Source: an uncultured bacterium
GTDB lineage: Bacteria > Abyssobacteria > SURF-5
NCBI GenBank assembly: GCA_964607485.1
Contig: CAZSKP010000016.1
Location: forward strand, 37,052 to 101,051
Length of the DNA stretch: 64,000 nucleotides
Direction of reading: 5' to 3'
Shown here one piece after another: positions 38,300 through 47,752 of the stretch. The notes beneath the pieces are model-generated. The model searched no databases. It worked only from the letters and a program-made list of their open reading frames with translations, and was not told where the DNA came from. The first letter of the stretch is position 1. The number at the start of each line of letters is the position of its first letter. A program made the translations under genes and the position numbers.

Positions 38300-39067
38300 T
38301 TATTTCCGGATGCGCCCGAGGAGCCTTTTCAGCCTCAGGGCGTCGTCGAACATGGAGAGGTTGTTGAACAGGAGGTAGGTCGGCAGCCGGGGGTCGAGGC
38401 CGTTCAGGAGCGTTTCGAGGTCTGCGTCGGTATAGCGATACCGGTAGCCTGATATCCCATGCAGCCTGAAATACCGAATCGCGCCCGCCTGTGGGCGAGA
38501 CCGGAACGGGTCCACACAATGGACGAGGGAGCACGCTTCGCAGATGTCGCGGATTTCCTCTTCGCCCCACTCGCCCCGCGGTTCCCACACGCACGTTATC
38601 CCCGAACGGTCGATGGAAGAGAAGAATTGTCGGATGTTGCGCTTATTCTCGGACGTGGGTCGAAAACTGGCCGGGCATTGAAAGATGACATTGTCGGCCC
38701 CGAGTCGTCGGACGAACTCCAGAGTCGCCTGCCACGCCGCGAGCACTTCGTCGGTTGGCCTGAAGCCGCCGTAGAGGCGCTGCTTCGTTTTCTCTATCGG
38801 CTTCCTGAGCCTTCGGTACGTTGGGCTGGTCGGCTCGTGCGTGATCAACTGCCACGCTTTGACGGGAAACTCGAATCCCGGTGGGGCCTCCGCCCGCCAC
38901 TTCTCGGCCGTCGCAAGCCTCGGCAAGTTGTAAAACGTCTGCTGAATCTCAACGACGGTAAACTCTCGGAAATATTTAGGCCTCGCGACTGAAAAACCGC
39001 AACAGCCGACTTTCGCAGATTCGGCGATGGCTCTCAAACGCTTTCTGTCCGCCGGCCGGCGGTTCAT
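38300..39067 (-). CDS. DUF72 domain protein
   Basis: VGCCGF, VEIQQTFY, FQCPASF, WEPRG and YFRLHG; ATG 39067 overlaps the upstream stop. Confidence 0.88.
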   Translation of the reverse strand: MNRRPADRKRLRAIAESAKVGCCGFSVARPKYFREFTVVEIQQTFYNLPRLATAEKWRAEAPPGFEFPVKAWQLITHEPTSPTYRRLRKPIEKTKQRLYGGFRPTDEVLAAWQATLEFVRRLGADNVIFQCPASFRPTSENKRNIRQFFSSIDRSGITCVWEPRGEWGEEEIRDICEACSLVHCVDPFRSRPQAGAIRYFRLHGISGYRYRYTDADLETLLNGLDPRLPTYLLFNNLSMFDDALRLKRLLGRIRK

Positions 39068-39696
39068 CGCTGCGGCCCGATTCCCAGAATCCGCCTGCAC
39101 TTGATGCAGAAGCGGTGTCCCTTGATGTCGGTGTCGGCGAGGCTGTTGGAGAAATGCATCACACACTTCGCGTCGGGGCAATGGTCGATGAGCCCTCCCG
39201 TGTGGCCTATCTCGTGCACGGCCTCCGTGATCGCGCGCTCGTGAAACAGCGCTATGTCGGGTGGCTGACCGTGGAACTCGGGCCTCAGGCGCGCCAGGGA
39301 GATGATGGCGACGCCGGCATAGACGTCGGCCTGGCCGAACACGAAGTTGAGGTCGGGCACGTAGAGGTCTTCGTTGGTCACACCGAGCACGCGGCTGTTC
39401 TTGGGAACTCTCACGCGCGAATTCAGCACGTCCAGGACCATGTTCGAAAGATACTGTCTGCGATGGCGATTGTAGGCGTCGGCCGGCAGCGGCACGCGCG
39501 ACTCGAAGCCGACGCTCGCGCCGAACGTTTCCTTGAGCGGCTGCACGAGGAACTCGAGCTCCGCCGGGCTGATGTCTCCGCCAACGGGAACGATGATTAT
39601 TCTCTCCATCTCGCGGGCCTCCCCTGCGGCGAAAATTGCGAAAGCCGACACGCCCAAAAGCGCGATGCACAAAGGTATGAGCAAACGTCTGTTCAT
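39064..39696 (-). CDS. Archaemetzincin (M54) zinc metalloprotease with N-terminal signal/anchor
   Basis: LNFVFGQA, HEIGH...H, CVMHFS and FCIKC. Confidence 0.9.
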   Translation of the reverse strand: MNRRLLIPLCIALLGVSAFAIFAAGEAREMERIIIVPVGGDISPAELEFLVQPLKETFGASVGFESRVPLPADAYNRHRRQYLSNMVLDVLNSRVRVPKNSRVLGVTNEDLYVPDLNFVFGQADVYAGVAIISLARLRPEFHGQPPDIALFHERAITEAVHEIGHTGGLIDHCPDAKCVMHFSNSLADTDIKGHRFCIKCRRILGIGPQR

Positions 39697-39698
39697 TG

Positions 39699-40826
39699 TC
39701 AAGACTGATAGTCCGCCTTCGTCAGCAGATTGATGTTGCCCAGCCGGACTCGTTTCAGGCCCGCGGAGACAGCGGCGTCCAGGCAGTTCTCGGCGTGGCT
39801 CCGGCACGTGACGGGCAGGTCGTCCATCATGAATTGGGGATGAAACGCGAGCAGCGAATACGGAATGTCCGGATTCAACCTCGCCACGAACGAGGCGATG
39901 TGGCCGACCTCGTCCTCGTCTATGTATCCGGGCACGAGGAGCGTGCTCGCTATCAGCGGAGGCGGCTCGCGCCTGGAGCGGGTGAGCTCGGCGAGCAGCG
40001 CGAAGCTTTCGAGCGTCCGTTTGTTCGAAACGCCGCAGAGCGCCCTGTGCAGCCGCTCGTCCCACGCCTTCAGGTCGAACTTTATGCATCCCCCCGACTC
40101 GAGCGAAAGCTTTGCCATCCTGCGAAGCATGGCGGGATTCATCGAGCCGTTGGTCTCCCAGCAGATGCGCAGGATGCGGCCCGGATTCTTCCTGCGCGCC
40201 CGTGCGGAGGCCGCTATCGAGAACGGCAGTTGCGGCGACGGGTCGCCGCCGAAATAGCATATGCACGACGTCCGCTCGTCCACCGCGTCGGCAAGGTCGT
40301 CCACGGTCGCGTTGGGGCCGCGGGTGCTGTCGAGCCGGTACTGCCAGTTCTGGCAGAACAGGCAGTCGAACGAACACGCGCGGAAGAAGACGGCGAGATT
40401 GTTGTATCCGTGTTCGGGGCCTCGCGCATGGGCGTACTCCGGATAACCGCCGCCCGTGCCGCCCGCGCACACCCAGTCTCCGACGCAGTTGGTCGGCAGC
40501 GAATCATAATACCAGCTCACGTTCGCGCTGGCAGTTCCTCCGACGATGCGGTCGCCGTGCGGGCCGTGGCGGCGGCGACGATGGCCGCAGTAGCCCATCG
40601 AGTCGGGCGGGATCGAGCATCTGTTGGCGCAGAAACGACATTCGACGCCCTCGTCGCTTTCGGGCGGAACCCCCGGAAGCCCGAAGCGCGCCCGACCGGT
40701 CGAGTGGAGAGAGAGAGCGTGTCTGCTCACGCTGTCCCAATCGCCCTTGATGCACCTCGCGCACAGGGAGAGCGGGCTGGAGATAAGGCGGGAGCTCTTG
40801 CCGCAGTTGATGCATTTTGCCGTCAT
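39699..40826 (-). CDS. Radical SAM protein (PFL-activase/AmmeMemoRadiSam-like)
   Basis: CSFDCLFCQNW, FGGDP, WETNG, TLLVPG; extra N-terminal Cys clusters. Confidence 0.88.
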   Translation of the reverse strand: MTAKCINCGKSSRLISSPLSLCARCIKGDWDSVSRHALSLHSTGRARFGLPGVPPESDEGVECRFCANRCSIPPDSMGYCGHRRRRHGPHGDRIVGGTASANVSWYYDSLPTNCVGDWVCAGGTGGGYPEYAHARGPEHGYNNLAVFFRACSFDCLFCQNWQYRLDSTRGPNATVDDLADAVDERTSCICYFGGDPSPQLPFSIAASARARRKNPGRILRICWETNGSMNPAMLRRMAKLSLESGGCIKFDLKAWDERLHRALCGVSNKRTLESFALLAELTRSRREPPPLIASTLLVPGYIDEDEVGHIASFVARLNPDIPYSLLAFHPQFMMDDLPVTCRSHAENCLDAAVSAGLKRVRLGNINLLTKADYQS

Positions 40827-40894
40827 GCTACACCAACTCAAAGTCGGGGAATAATCTTCTGGTCACAGAATGAGTGTTCCCGACCGCTCTTCAA

Positions 40895-41287
40895 TCATTT
40901 CTTCTTCATCTGACCCGGAGGATATTTCTTCTTGTGCTGTTTGGAATGCGTGTAGGGCTTATCAGAGTCCATCTCAATCGTCACGTAGTTACCGAGCCTC
41001 AAATGCAGGTTATTGGGCAGCAGCGTGGAGACGCGCCATTTGTCGCCTTCCATGTAGAAGTACAATCTTCTCGAAATGTCGAAATACACATGCGCGTCGG
41101 GATAATAGTGATACGTGTACTTCGCCCGGTATCCGTGAGCCGGCGCGTGCGGAGGCGGACCCACTTGCTGGCCCCGGCTTTCGCCCACATATACATCCGT
41201 ACGAGTAGGGGCGCATGCAATAACGAAACAGAGAAGAAAGATGCAGATCAACGCTTGCAAGGCTCCTGCAATGTCTTTGCTGTTCAT
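40895..41287 (-). CDS. Conserved hypothetical lipoprotein
   Basis: Lipobox VIAC; GPPPHAPAHGYR, YYPD.HVYFD and PPGQ.KK. Confidence 0.7.
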   Translation of the reverse strand: MNSKDIAGALQALICIFLLCFVIACAPTRTDVYVGESRGQQVGPPPHAPAHGYRAKYTYHYYPDAHVYFDISRRLYFYMEGDKWRVSTLLPNNLHLRLGNYVTIEMDSDKPYTHSKQHKKKYPPGQMKKK

Positions 41288-41616
41288 CAGAAACCTCCTG
41301 ACTCTTCTCAAGGCAGTCCTGTCAATAGCTTTTGCGTCGAGATTTCGTCCCTCCAATCTTCGCTTGCCCGGTCTCCCGAGTTTGCCTAAGGTCAACGAAG
41401 GAAGTATATCAGAAAGAAAGGAGATTTTCACGAGGAGGCCCGCCGATTCGGCCGTGTGTGACACTGGTTCGAGAAGGCGGGTAAAGTGCGAATCGAGGGC
41501 GAAGTGCACTCAGAACAACGAAGGAAAGCTCGGATGTGGTTGCTTCAAAGGTCAGGAACCTGACCTCAAGAAGAACGACGGAAAAAGGCTATGCGGATTC
41601 TCGCCGCTCTTTTCTG

Positions 41617-42465
41617 CTATTGCTCCGGTTTGTCGGGGGCCCTCTTCTGTCTCACTTCTTCGATAAGTCTCTTGATTCTTTCCGTCTCGCGTTTTTCCCG
41701 CCTCTCCCTGAGAATCGCCTCGTATTCGAGCGGATGATGCTCCACCAGCTCCTTCTTCGAGATTTTTCCGTTGAGCCAGACCTTGCTCATGGGGAACACT
41801 TCGGGATTGAGATGGACATTGTACATGTGCCATATGATGATGGCCAGGAACGCGAGTATGGCCTCGAATCCGTGAACGATGCGGACTATGTCGAGAAACC
41901 AGATAGGGACGAGCGCGATGGCGGCTTCCTGGAACCAGAGCATCAGGCCGGTGACCGCCATGATGAATATGCCCCAGGCCAGAGCCCAGTACTCGAACTT
42001 TTCGATGAAATTGAATTTGCCGAATCTGGGCCTCACGTCTCGCAGTCCCAGGTTGCAGAGAAACAGGTTGAGGGCGTCCTTGGCGTCTTGAGGGTTGGGG
42101 ATAATCTTGTGGAAGTCGCGGTTGCCGTGGGGCGACACTATGATGTACACCACCTGGAAGAGGCCGACACCTATCAACGTGACACCCGCGATGCGATGGA
42201 TGATGCCCCGCAGCCAGAAGCTTCCGGGAATTCCGAACAGCTTGTGTATCATGGGCGCGTTCGGAAACACGAGCGGGATTCCGGTCAGCACCAGCGTGAA
42301 GAAGCTTGTGAACAGCACGACGTGCTGAATGCGCTCGGGAAGGGTCAGGCGGACGAACTCCTCGTCGTCCGGAACCAGTTCGTCATCCTCGATTTCTTCT
42401 TCTGATAGCAGCCCGACCTCTTTCGCCCTGGCCAGGAGGTCGAGGTCGTCGTCGTTGATGTTCAA
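41617..42465 (-). CDS. Di-heme cytochrome b subunit (FdnI/CbcL membrane domain-like)
   Basis: Four TM helices with His ligands (RIQH, IIHR, IVHG, IWHM); KFNFIEKFEYWA. Confidence 0.88.
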   Translation of the reverse strand: MNINDDDLDLLARAKEVGLLSEEEIEDDELVPDDEEFVRLTLPERIQHVVLFTSFFTLVLTGIPLVFPNAPMIHKLFGIPGSFWLRGIIHRIAGVTLIGVGLFQVVYIIVSPHGNRDFHKIIPNPQDAKDALNLFLCNLGLRDVRPRFGKFNFIEKFEYWALAWGIFIMAVTGLMLWFQEAAIALVPIWFLDIVRIVHGFEAILAFLAIIIWHMYNVHLNPEVFPMSKVWLNGKISKKELVEHHPLEYEAILRERREKRETERIKRLIEEVRQKRAPDKPEQ

Positions 42466-42501
42466 CGTAACGTCCTTTCCTTCTCCGGGAATGCCCGGTG
42501 G

Positions 42502-43746
42502 TCATTCCTGTCTCTTTTTCCTTCTGCGTCTCGCGTAAAGGTCGGCGACGATGAATACCAGGAAGCCGCCGATGGATGCGGCAATAAAGATGGTGTAGAA
42601 CTTTTCCACCACGTAGGCGCCCATGCTGCTTTCGCGCGCCTCGGCCACGTGCACCTTGCCGACGGCGAAATTCTTGCCCGCCTGCGGGTGACATTTGCCG
42701 CAGGTGGTCGGGATGTTGTCCGGATAGACGGACGACTTCGGGTCGTTCGCCGGACGGATGTCGTGATAGCCGTGGCAACTGGCGCAGTTGGCCACCTTCG
42801 TGTCGCCCAGCTTCGAGGCGATCCCGTGATAGGTGCCGAGATAGGTCTTCAGCCGCTGCGACGGAAAGCCGTATCGCTTGCTCAGCGTCTCATCCTCGTG
42901 ACAGTTGGAACATATCTCGGCGATGTGCGTGGCATAGACGGTCGATTCGGGGCTGGTGTGCGACTTGATGGAATGCTCGCCGTGACAATCGGTGCAAATG
43001 GGAACGTCTTTGTTTCGCTTGAGGTAGTCCTGCCCGTGCACGCTCTCGATGTAGGTCTGATAGATTCCCTGGTGACATTTTGCGCAGGTCTTGGGAATAT
43101 TGAATCGGTTTATCAAAGAATCGGGGTCGTCGGGCGGCTTGATTTTGTGAGAACCGTGGCAGTTGTTGCACGCCGCCGACACGCTCAGGCCCTTCTCCCT
43201 GAGGGCTTTCATGTGGACGCTGTTTTCGTAAGCCTTGATTTTTTCGGGCGAAGGCAGCTTGTGTTCGGCCACTATCTTCGTGTCGGTGTGACACTTTATG
43301 CAAATATCGACCAGATTCAGTGCAAACACGGAAGACTCGGGGTCGTCCGGCCGCCTGATGTTGTGAGTGCCGTGACATTTCGAGCACGTGGGCGCCGACG
43401 GGTCGCCCGCGACGAACGCCTTGCCGTGGATGCTCGTCTTGTAATCCTCGAGTTCCTGGTAGTGGCACATCGAGCAATCGACCTTTGCGAGTGGCGAGGC
43501 GTGGGGGAAATCCTCCACGCCCGCCAGGTCCGAATGGCAGTCGGTGCACTCGATTCCATTCTGTCCGTGAACCGACTTCTCATAGACTTCGTGGTCCACG
43601 CTGACGGAGAGGCCCTGCGCGTTGGTGAGCGACGGGTCGTCGTGGCAGGCGAGGCAATCCTCCGTCGAGACGGCCGCGGCGGGATGCGGCGCGAATGCGA
43701 TCAGACAGAGGGCCGCCAATGCAGCCGCGTACCTTGCCAAAGTCAC
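42502..43746 (-). CDS. Membrane-anchored multiheme cytochrome c (11 CxxCH)
   Basis: Signal peptide, 11 CxxCH motifs, C-terminal TM helix. Confidence 0.93.
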   Translation of the reverse strand: MTLARYAAALAALCLIAFAPHPAAAVSTEDCLACHDDPSLTNAQGLSVSVDHEVYEKSVHGQNGIECTDCHSDLAGVEDFPHASPLAKVDCSMCHYQELEDYKTSIHGKAFVAGDPSAPTCSKCHGTHNIRRPDDPESSVFALNLVDICIKCHTDTKIVAEHKLPSPEKIKAYENSVHMKALREKGLSVSAACNNCHGSHKIKPPDDPDSLINRFNIPKTCAKCHQGIYQTYIESVHGQDYLKRNKDVPICTDCHGEHSIKSHTSPESTVYATHIAEICSNCHEDETLSKRYGFPSQRLKTYLGTYHGIASKLGDTKVANCASCHGYHDIRPANDPKSSVYPDNIPTTCGKCHPQAGKNFAVGKVHVAEARESSMGAYVVEKFYTIFIAASIGGFLVFIVADLYARRRRKKRQE

Positions 43747-43747
43747 C

Positions 43748-45031
43748 CTACTTCACACTCCTTTGTCTGATTCTCCTGGCAAGGTCGGGCACGACCCAGA
43801 TGAAGGTGATGATCAGAAGCCCGACGAATGCCCATACCAGCACCCGGCGAACATAGTAGACTCCGCCCGAATCCTTCTTCTTGACATCGACGTGGATTTT
43901 GACGGACTCGACTTTGGCCGATATGCCGGGATGACACTTCGGCTTGCCGCAGGTGTTGACCAGATTTGCGGGGTACACGGACGACTTGGGGTCGGTCGGC
44001 GGGCGAATATCGTGGTAGCCGTGACAACTTGCACAGTTGGCCACCGTCTTGCTTCCGTAACTGCTCGCTATGCCGTGATAGGATTGCTCATAGGTGGCAG
44101 TCCGGTCGACGGGAATCTCGTATTTCGACATGATGCCTTCTTCGCCGTGGCACTGGGAACAGATGGAGGGAATCTTCCCCTCCGCAGGAATGGAGATCTT
44201 GTGTTCGCCGTGGCAGTCGGCGCAGACGGGCGCGTCGGGGTTATGCTTCTCGAGAACCGCCACGCCGTGGACGCTCTGCTTGTACACGTTGAAGATCCCC
44301 ACGTGACACTTGCCGCACGTCTCGGGGCGCCGGGGCCTGATGTTGGGCGTGCCGGCGGGCTGTATGTCGTGAACGCCGTGGCAGTCGGTGCACACCGCGG
44401 CGAACTCGATCAGTCCGTCGCGATAGAGCGCTTTCCCGTGCACGCTCTGCTCATATTCCTGGAACGGTTTTTCCGCGTGGATGTGATGCTTGACGACGAC
44501 CTGCATGTCCTCGTGGCAGACTGCGCACGTTCGGGGGATGTTGGCCCTGTACACGTTCGATTCGGGGTCGTCCTTCGCCTTGATGTTGTGGCGGCCGTGA
44601 CAGTCGGTGCAGCCGGTCACGTCGGCCATGCCCGCGCGCACTGCGATTCCGTGCACGCTGTCCTTGTACTGTTCCATCGGCGAAAAATCCGGAGCGCCCA
44701 TGGTGTTCCCCTTGACATGACACTGCTTCGTGCAGCTCACCTTCTCGGGGTAGCGCTGGTGGGGCACTTCTCCGACGGCGTGCTTCACCTCGCGAACGTC
44801 GGAGTGACAGTCCAGACATTTCATTTTCCCGTGCACCGAGTTCTCCAGCACGGTCAGATCGACAAACGGAGCCTTTGTATCTTCCCTTCGCTCCGCATGG
44901 CATCCTGCGCAGTTGTCCCATGCTATCTCGGCCGCCGACGCATTCGGGCCGAGAAACAGAACCAACAGGAATGCGCACACGACGAACGCTGACTTTTTAC
45001 ACATTTGTCGTCCGGATTTGGTTGTCTTCAA
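43748..45031 (-). CDS. Membrane-anchored multiheme cytochrome c (9 CxxCH + Cx3CH + Cx4CH)
   Basis: Signal peptide (ASA), heme motifs, C-terminal TM helix; alternative start ATG 45004. Confidence 0.93.
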   Translation of the reverse strand: MKTTKSGRQMCKKSAFVVCAFLLVLFLGPNASAAEIAWDNCAGCHAERREDTKAPFVDLTVLENSVHGKMKCLDCHSDVREVKHAVGEVPHQRYPEKVSCTKQCHVKGNTMGAPDFSPMEQYKDSVHGIAVRAGMADVTGCTDCHGRHNIKAKDDPESNVYRANIPRTCAVCHEDMQVVVKHHIHAEKPFQEYEQSVHGKALYRDGLIEFAAVCTDCHGVHDIQPAGTPNIRPRRPETCGKCHVGIFNVYKQSVHGVAVLEKHNPDAPVCADCHGEHKISIPAEGKIPSICSQCHGEEGIMSKYEIPVDRTATYEQSYHGIASSYGSKTVANCASCHGYHDIRPPTDPKSSVYPANLVNTCGKPKCHPGISAKVESVKIHVDVKKKDSGGVYYVRRVLVWAFVGLLIITFIWVVPDLARRIRQRSVK

Positions 45032-45148
45032 TCTATCCGACCACTCAGGAGGGGACTTCTACAAAAAAAAAGACCGCAAAAGGGCGACATCACGCCTCTG
45101 TCGGACCCCTCCGGGGGATGTAACGGACCGACTTGGTGAGCCTAAATT

Positions 45149-45178
45149 AGTATACCACATTTACGTCGGAAATTACAA
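45149..45178 (-). promoter_or_regulatory. Putative sigma70 promoter of the cytochrome operon
   Basis: TTGTAA-18-TATACT with TG extension. Confidence 0.5.
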
Positions 45179-45243
45179 CCCCCTGCCGCCATTGGCCCTC
45201 ATAACTGGCCAATAACGCGGGTTTTGCCTCAGTTGGGACGGCA

Positions 45244-46674
45244 TCAGCGAGCGAATCCGCGGCGTTCCATCCGCCCCCAGGATGAAACGCCGAACAGCTT
45301 CTGCAATGTGCCCCGGAATCGCCACCATGCGTTTATCTGACGGTACCCGAAGTTCTCGAGGACGCTGTACATGAGCAGCCGGAGAAGGTCGCCGAGGGAG
45401 GGGAACTTTCGGAATGAGAACTCCTCGAGAACCACCGCGCCCAACGACAGAATCACGCCGAACAGGAATGCGATGATGAGAAACGAGATGAAGAAGTCGG
45501 TGTTCATCAGCCCGAGAAGAAACGAGAGGATAATGCACACATATCCAAACACCTCCAGGAATCCCCCGAGCAGTTCAATCAGAGTCAGATACGGCATCAC
45601 GACGAGCCCGATCAGGCCGTATCTGGGATTCATGAGCATTCTCTTATGAGCCCAGGCGCACTCGACGAGGCCTCTCTGCCAGCGGGTCCTCTGTGCGCGG
45701 AGAATGCCGTAAGTCTCCGGCCCCTCGGTCCAGCACACCGGGTCGGGAATGAAGCGCACTCGATATTTGGCTCTGTTCCTCCGCATGTGACGGTGAATCT
45801 TGAGCACCATCTCCATGTCCTCGCCCACGGTATGCGTGTTGAACCCGCCCACCGCTATCGCGGTCCTCTTGTCGAACAATCCAAACGCGCCCGAAATCAG
45901 GAACATGCACCCCAACACATCCCAGCCGACCCTTCCCCAAAGGAAGGCCCTCAGGTACTCGACGTTCTGAAACGCAGCGAAGCGGTTCTTCGGAAATCTG
46001 ACGCTTTTTATCCTGCCCGCCACTATATCGCACCCGTTGGCCAGACGTATGCTGCCGCCCACCGCGACCGTTTGCGCGGGATTTTCAAGGAAGGGCAGGA
46101 CCACGCGAATGAGGGAATCGTGTTCGAGGATGCTGTCGGCGTCGACGAAACACACGAGCGGATACTTGGCGACGTTCAACCCTGCGTTCAGCGCATCCGA
46201 CCTGCCTCCATTCTCTTTGTCGATCACGATCAGGTTCGAGTGACGGTGGGAAAGGTAAATGCCGCGTACCTTCTGGGTCTCGAGCGACTTCCTGAAGACT
46301 TTGTTGACCTTTTCCAGTGAAAAGACGCGCGTCAATATGCCGAGCGTGTCATCTTTGGAGCCGTCGTTTACGACGATGATTTCGGTTTGAGGGTATTCGA
46401 GTAATGAGAACGATTTGACGGTTTGAATGATCGTGTTGTATTCGTTGTAGGCGGGCACAATGATGGATACGGGCGGCACGAAATATGAGTGCATTACCTG
46501 AGAGAGGTCTTCGCTGGCGCGTCTGCGCACGAGCCGGACAAACGCGAACAGCGAAAGCGTCAGCAGGATGAGGTACACGCTGTTGATGATGACGAAGTAG
46601 AAGAGGATAACGTAGTTGAACCCGATGATTCCCCGGATCAACAGTTCTTTGAATGCTTCGAAATTGGCTTCCAT
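45244..46674 (-). CDS. Processive glycosyltransferase family 2
   Basis: VPAYNE, DGS, DAD, GED and QRTRW; N- and C-terminal TM helices. Confidence 0.93.
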   Translation of the reverse strand: MEANFEAFKELLIRGIIGFNYVILFYFVIINSVYLILLTLSLFAFVRLVRRRASEDLSQVMHSYFVPPVSIIVPAYNEYNTIIQTVKSFSLLEYPQTEIIVVNDGSKDDTLGILTRVFSLEKVNKVFRKSLETQKVRGIYLSHRHSNLIVIDKENGGRSDALNAGLNVAKYPLVCFVDADSILEHDSLIRVVLPFLENPAQTVAVGGSIRLANGCDIVAGRIKSVRFPKNRFAAFQNVEYLRAFLWGRVGWDVLGCMFLISGAFGLFDKRTAIAVGGFNTHTVGEDMEMVLKIHRHMRRNRAKYRVRFIPDPVCWTEGPETYGILRAQRTRWQRGLVECAWAHKRMLMNPRYGLIGLVVMPYLTLIELLGGFLEVFGYVCIILSFLLGLMNTDFFISFLIIAFLFGVILSLGAVVLEEFSFRKFPSLGDLLRLLMYSVLENFGYRQINAWWRFRGTLQKLFGVSSWGRMERRGFAR

Positions 46675-46685
46675 CGTCCGTCAGT

Positions 46686-47741
46686 TTACTCCGAGAGGGC
46701 CAGCTCCTCCAGCGCCTGCCTGGCGGCGTCGCGAGCGAACCTGTCGGGGTCGCTTCGAGCCGCTTCGAGCAATTTCCTCACTCCCTCCAATTCCAGCCGC
46801 GCCATGGCCCCCGCCGCATTGGATCTGACCCACCAGTGAGCGTCGCCGAGCTTTTCAGACAGCCCATCGACGGCCCGCACGTCTCCCATGTTGCCCAGCG
46901 ACTTGCACGCGAGCGCCTTGATTTGCCATCGTTCGTCCTTCAGCAAATCCATGAGCAGTTCCAGCGCCGGCAGGTAGCGTATCTCCCCGAGGGCTTTTAT
47001 CGCCTTGAGGCTGACTTCCATGTCGGGATGAGTGCAGAACTCCATGATGAGCGGGGCCGACTGCTCGTCTTTGGACTGTCCCAGAGTCTCTATGCAGAGG
47101 GCGAGTATCTCCGGCGTGGCCGACTCGCGAAGCGTCTTCCTCAACGCGGGCAGCGCCTTGTCCCGCATGTTTTGCACGACTTCAAGCAGCCGGATTCTTA
47201 TCCATACGTTGGCCTGCGCGGTTTCCTGCAACAGCGGCTGAATGGCGCGAACGTCGCCCAGCCGTCCCAGCGCGTATCCCGCCATCAGGCGCACGTCCAG
47301 GCGACGGTGGTCGATGAGCGATACCAGGTAAGGAATCGACTCGGGTTTTTGCAGCATGCCCATGTTGTGAGCCCCCCTGGCCTGACGCCACCACTTGCCC
47401 GAGCGCACGTCCCTGATATCGCCGTCGAAGTATCCCAGTTCTTTGTAAGCCTGCATCAGCCGGTCTCCCGGGACGCCCCGCACCCTGGAGATATAGCTTG
47501 CGAGGATCGCTTTGAGAAAACGAAGGTCCACCTTTAGATTCAGGTGTGCCTTGAACTCCTCAAGGGTGACGTTTCCGTAGGTGAGCCGAAGGACGAGCGG
47601 GTTTAGTCTGTCATGCGCCTTCTTCTTGATGCCGACTCGTCTGAAATAGAGGTAGCGTTGAATCACGAGGTAGATCGACAGACCGAGCACGAGAATTCCG
47701 AGCGCGAAAATCAGGCGTATGTAGAGGCCGATGATTGTCAT
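46686..47741 (-). CDS. Membrane-anchored HEAT repeat protein
   Basis: N-terminal TM helix; repeated VR..A..ALG.LG HEAT units. Confidence 0.9.
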   Translation of the reverse strand: MTIIGLYIRLIFALGILVLGLSIYLVIQRYLYFRRVGIKKKAHDRLNPLVLRLTYGNVTLEEFKAHLNLKVDLRFLKAILASYISRVRGVPGDRLMQAYKELGYFDGDIRDVRSGKWWRQARGAHNMGMLQKPESIPYLVSLIDHRRLDVRLMAGYALGRLGDVRAIQPLLQETAQANVWIRIRLLEVVQNMRDKALPALRKTLRESATPEILALCIETLGQSKDEQSAPLIMEFCTHPDMEVSLKAIKALGEIRYLPALELLMDLLKDERWQIKALACKSLGNMGDVRAVDGLSEKLGDAHWWVRSNAAGAMARLELEGVRKLLEAARSDPDRFARDAARQALEELALSE

Positions 47742-47752
47742 TCGGCAGCGGC

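Noticed and set aside
38300-40470. Long ORFs 38300-39670 and 39064-40470 as fusion proteins
   Set aside because: The N-terminal extensions are off-frame overlaps of upstream genes. True starts are 39067 and 39696.
41549-41566. AGGTCAGG-AA-CCTGACCT palindrome as a distinct element
   Set aside because: Short and single-copy here. It may contribute to termination of the cytochrome operon, but evidence is insufficient.
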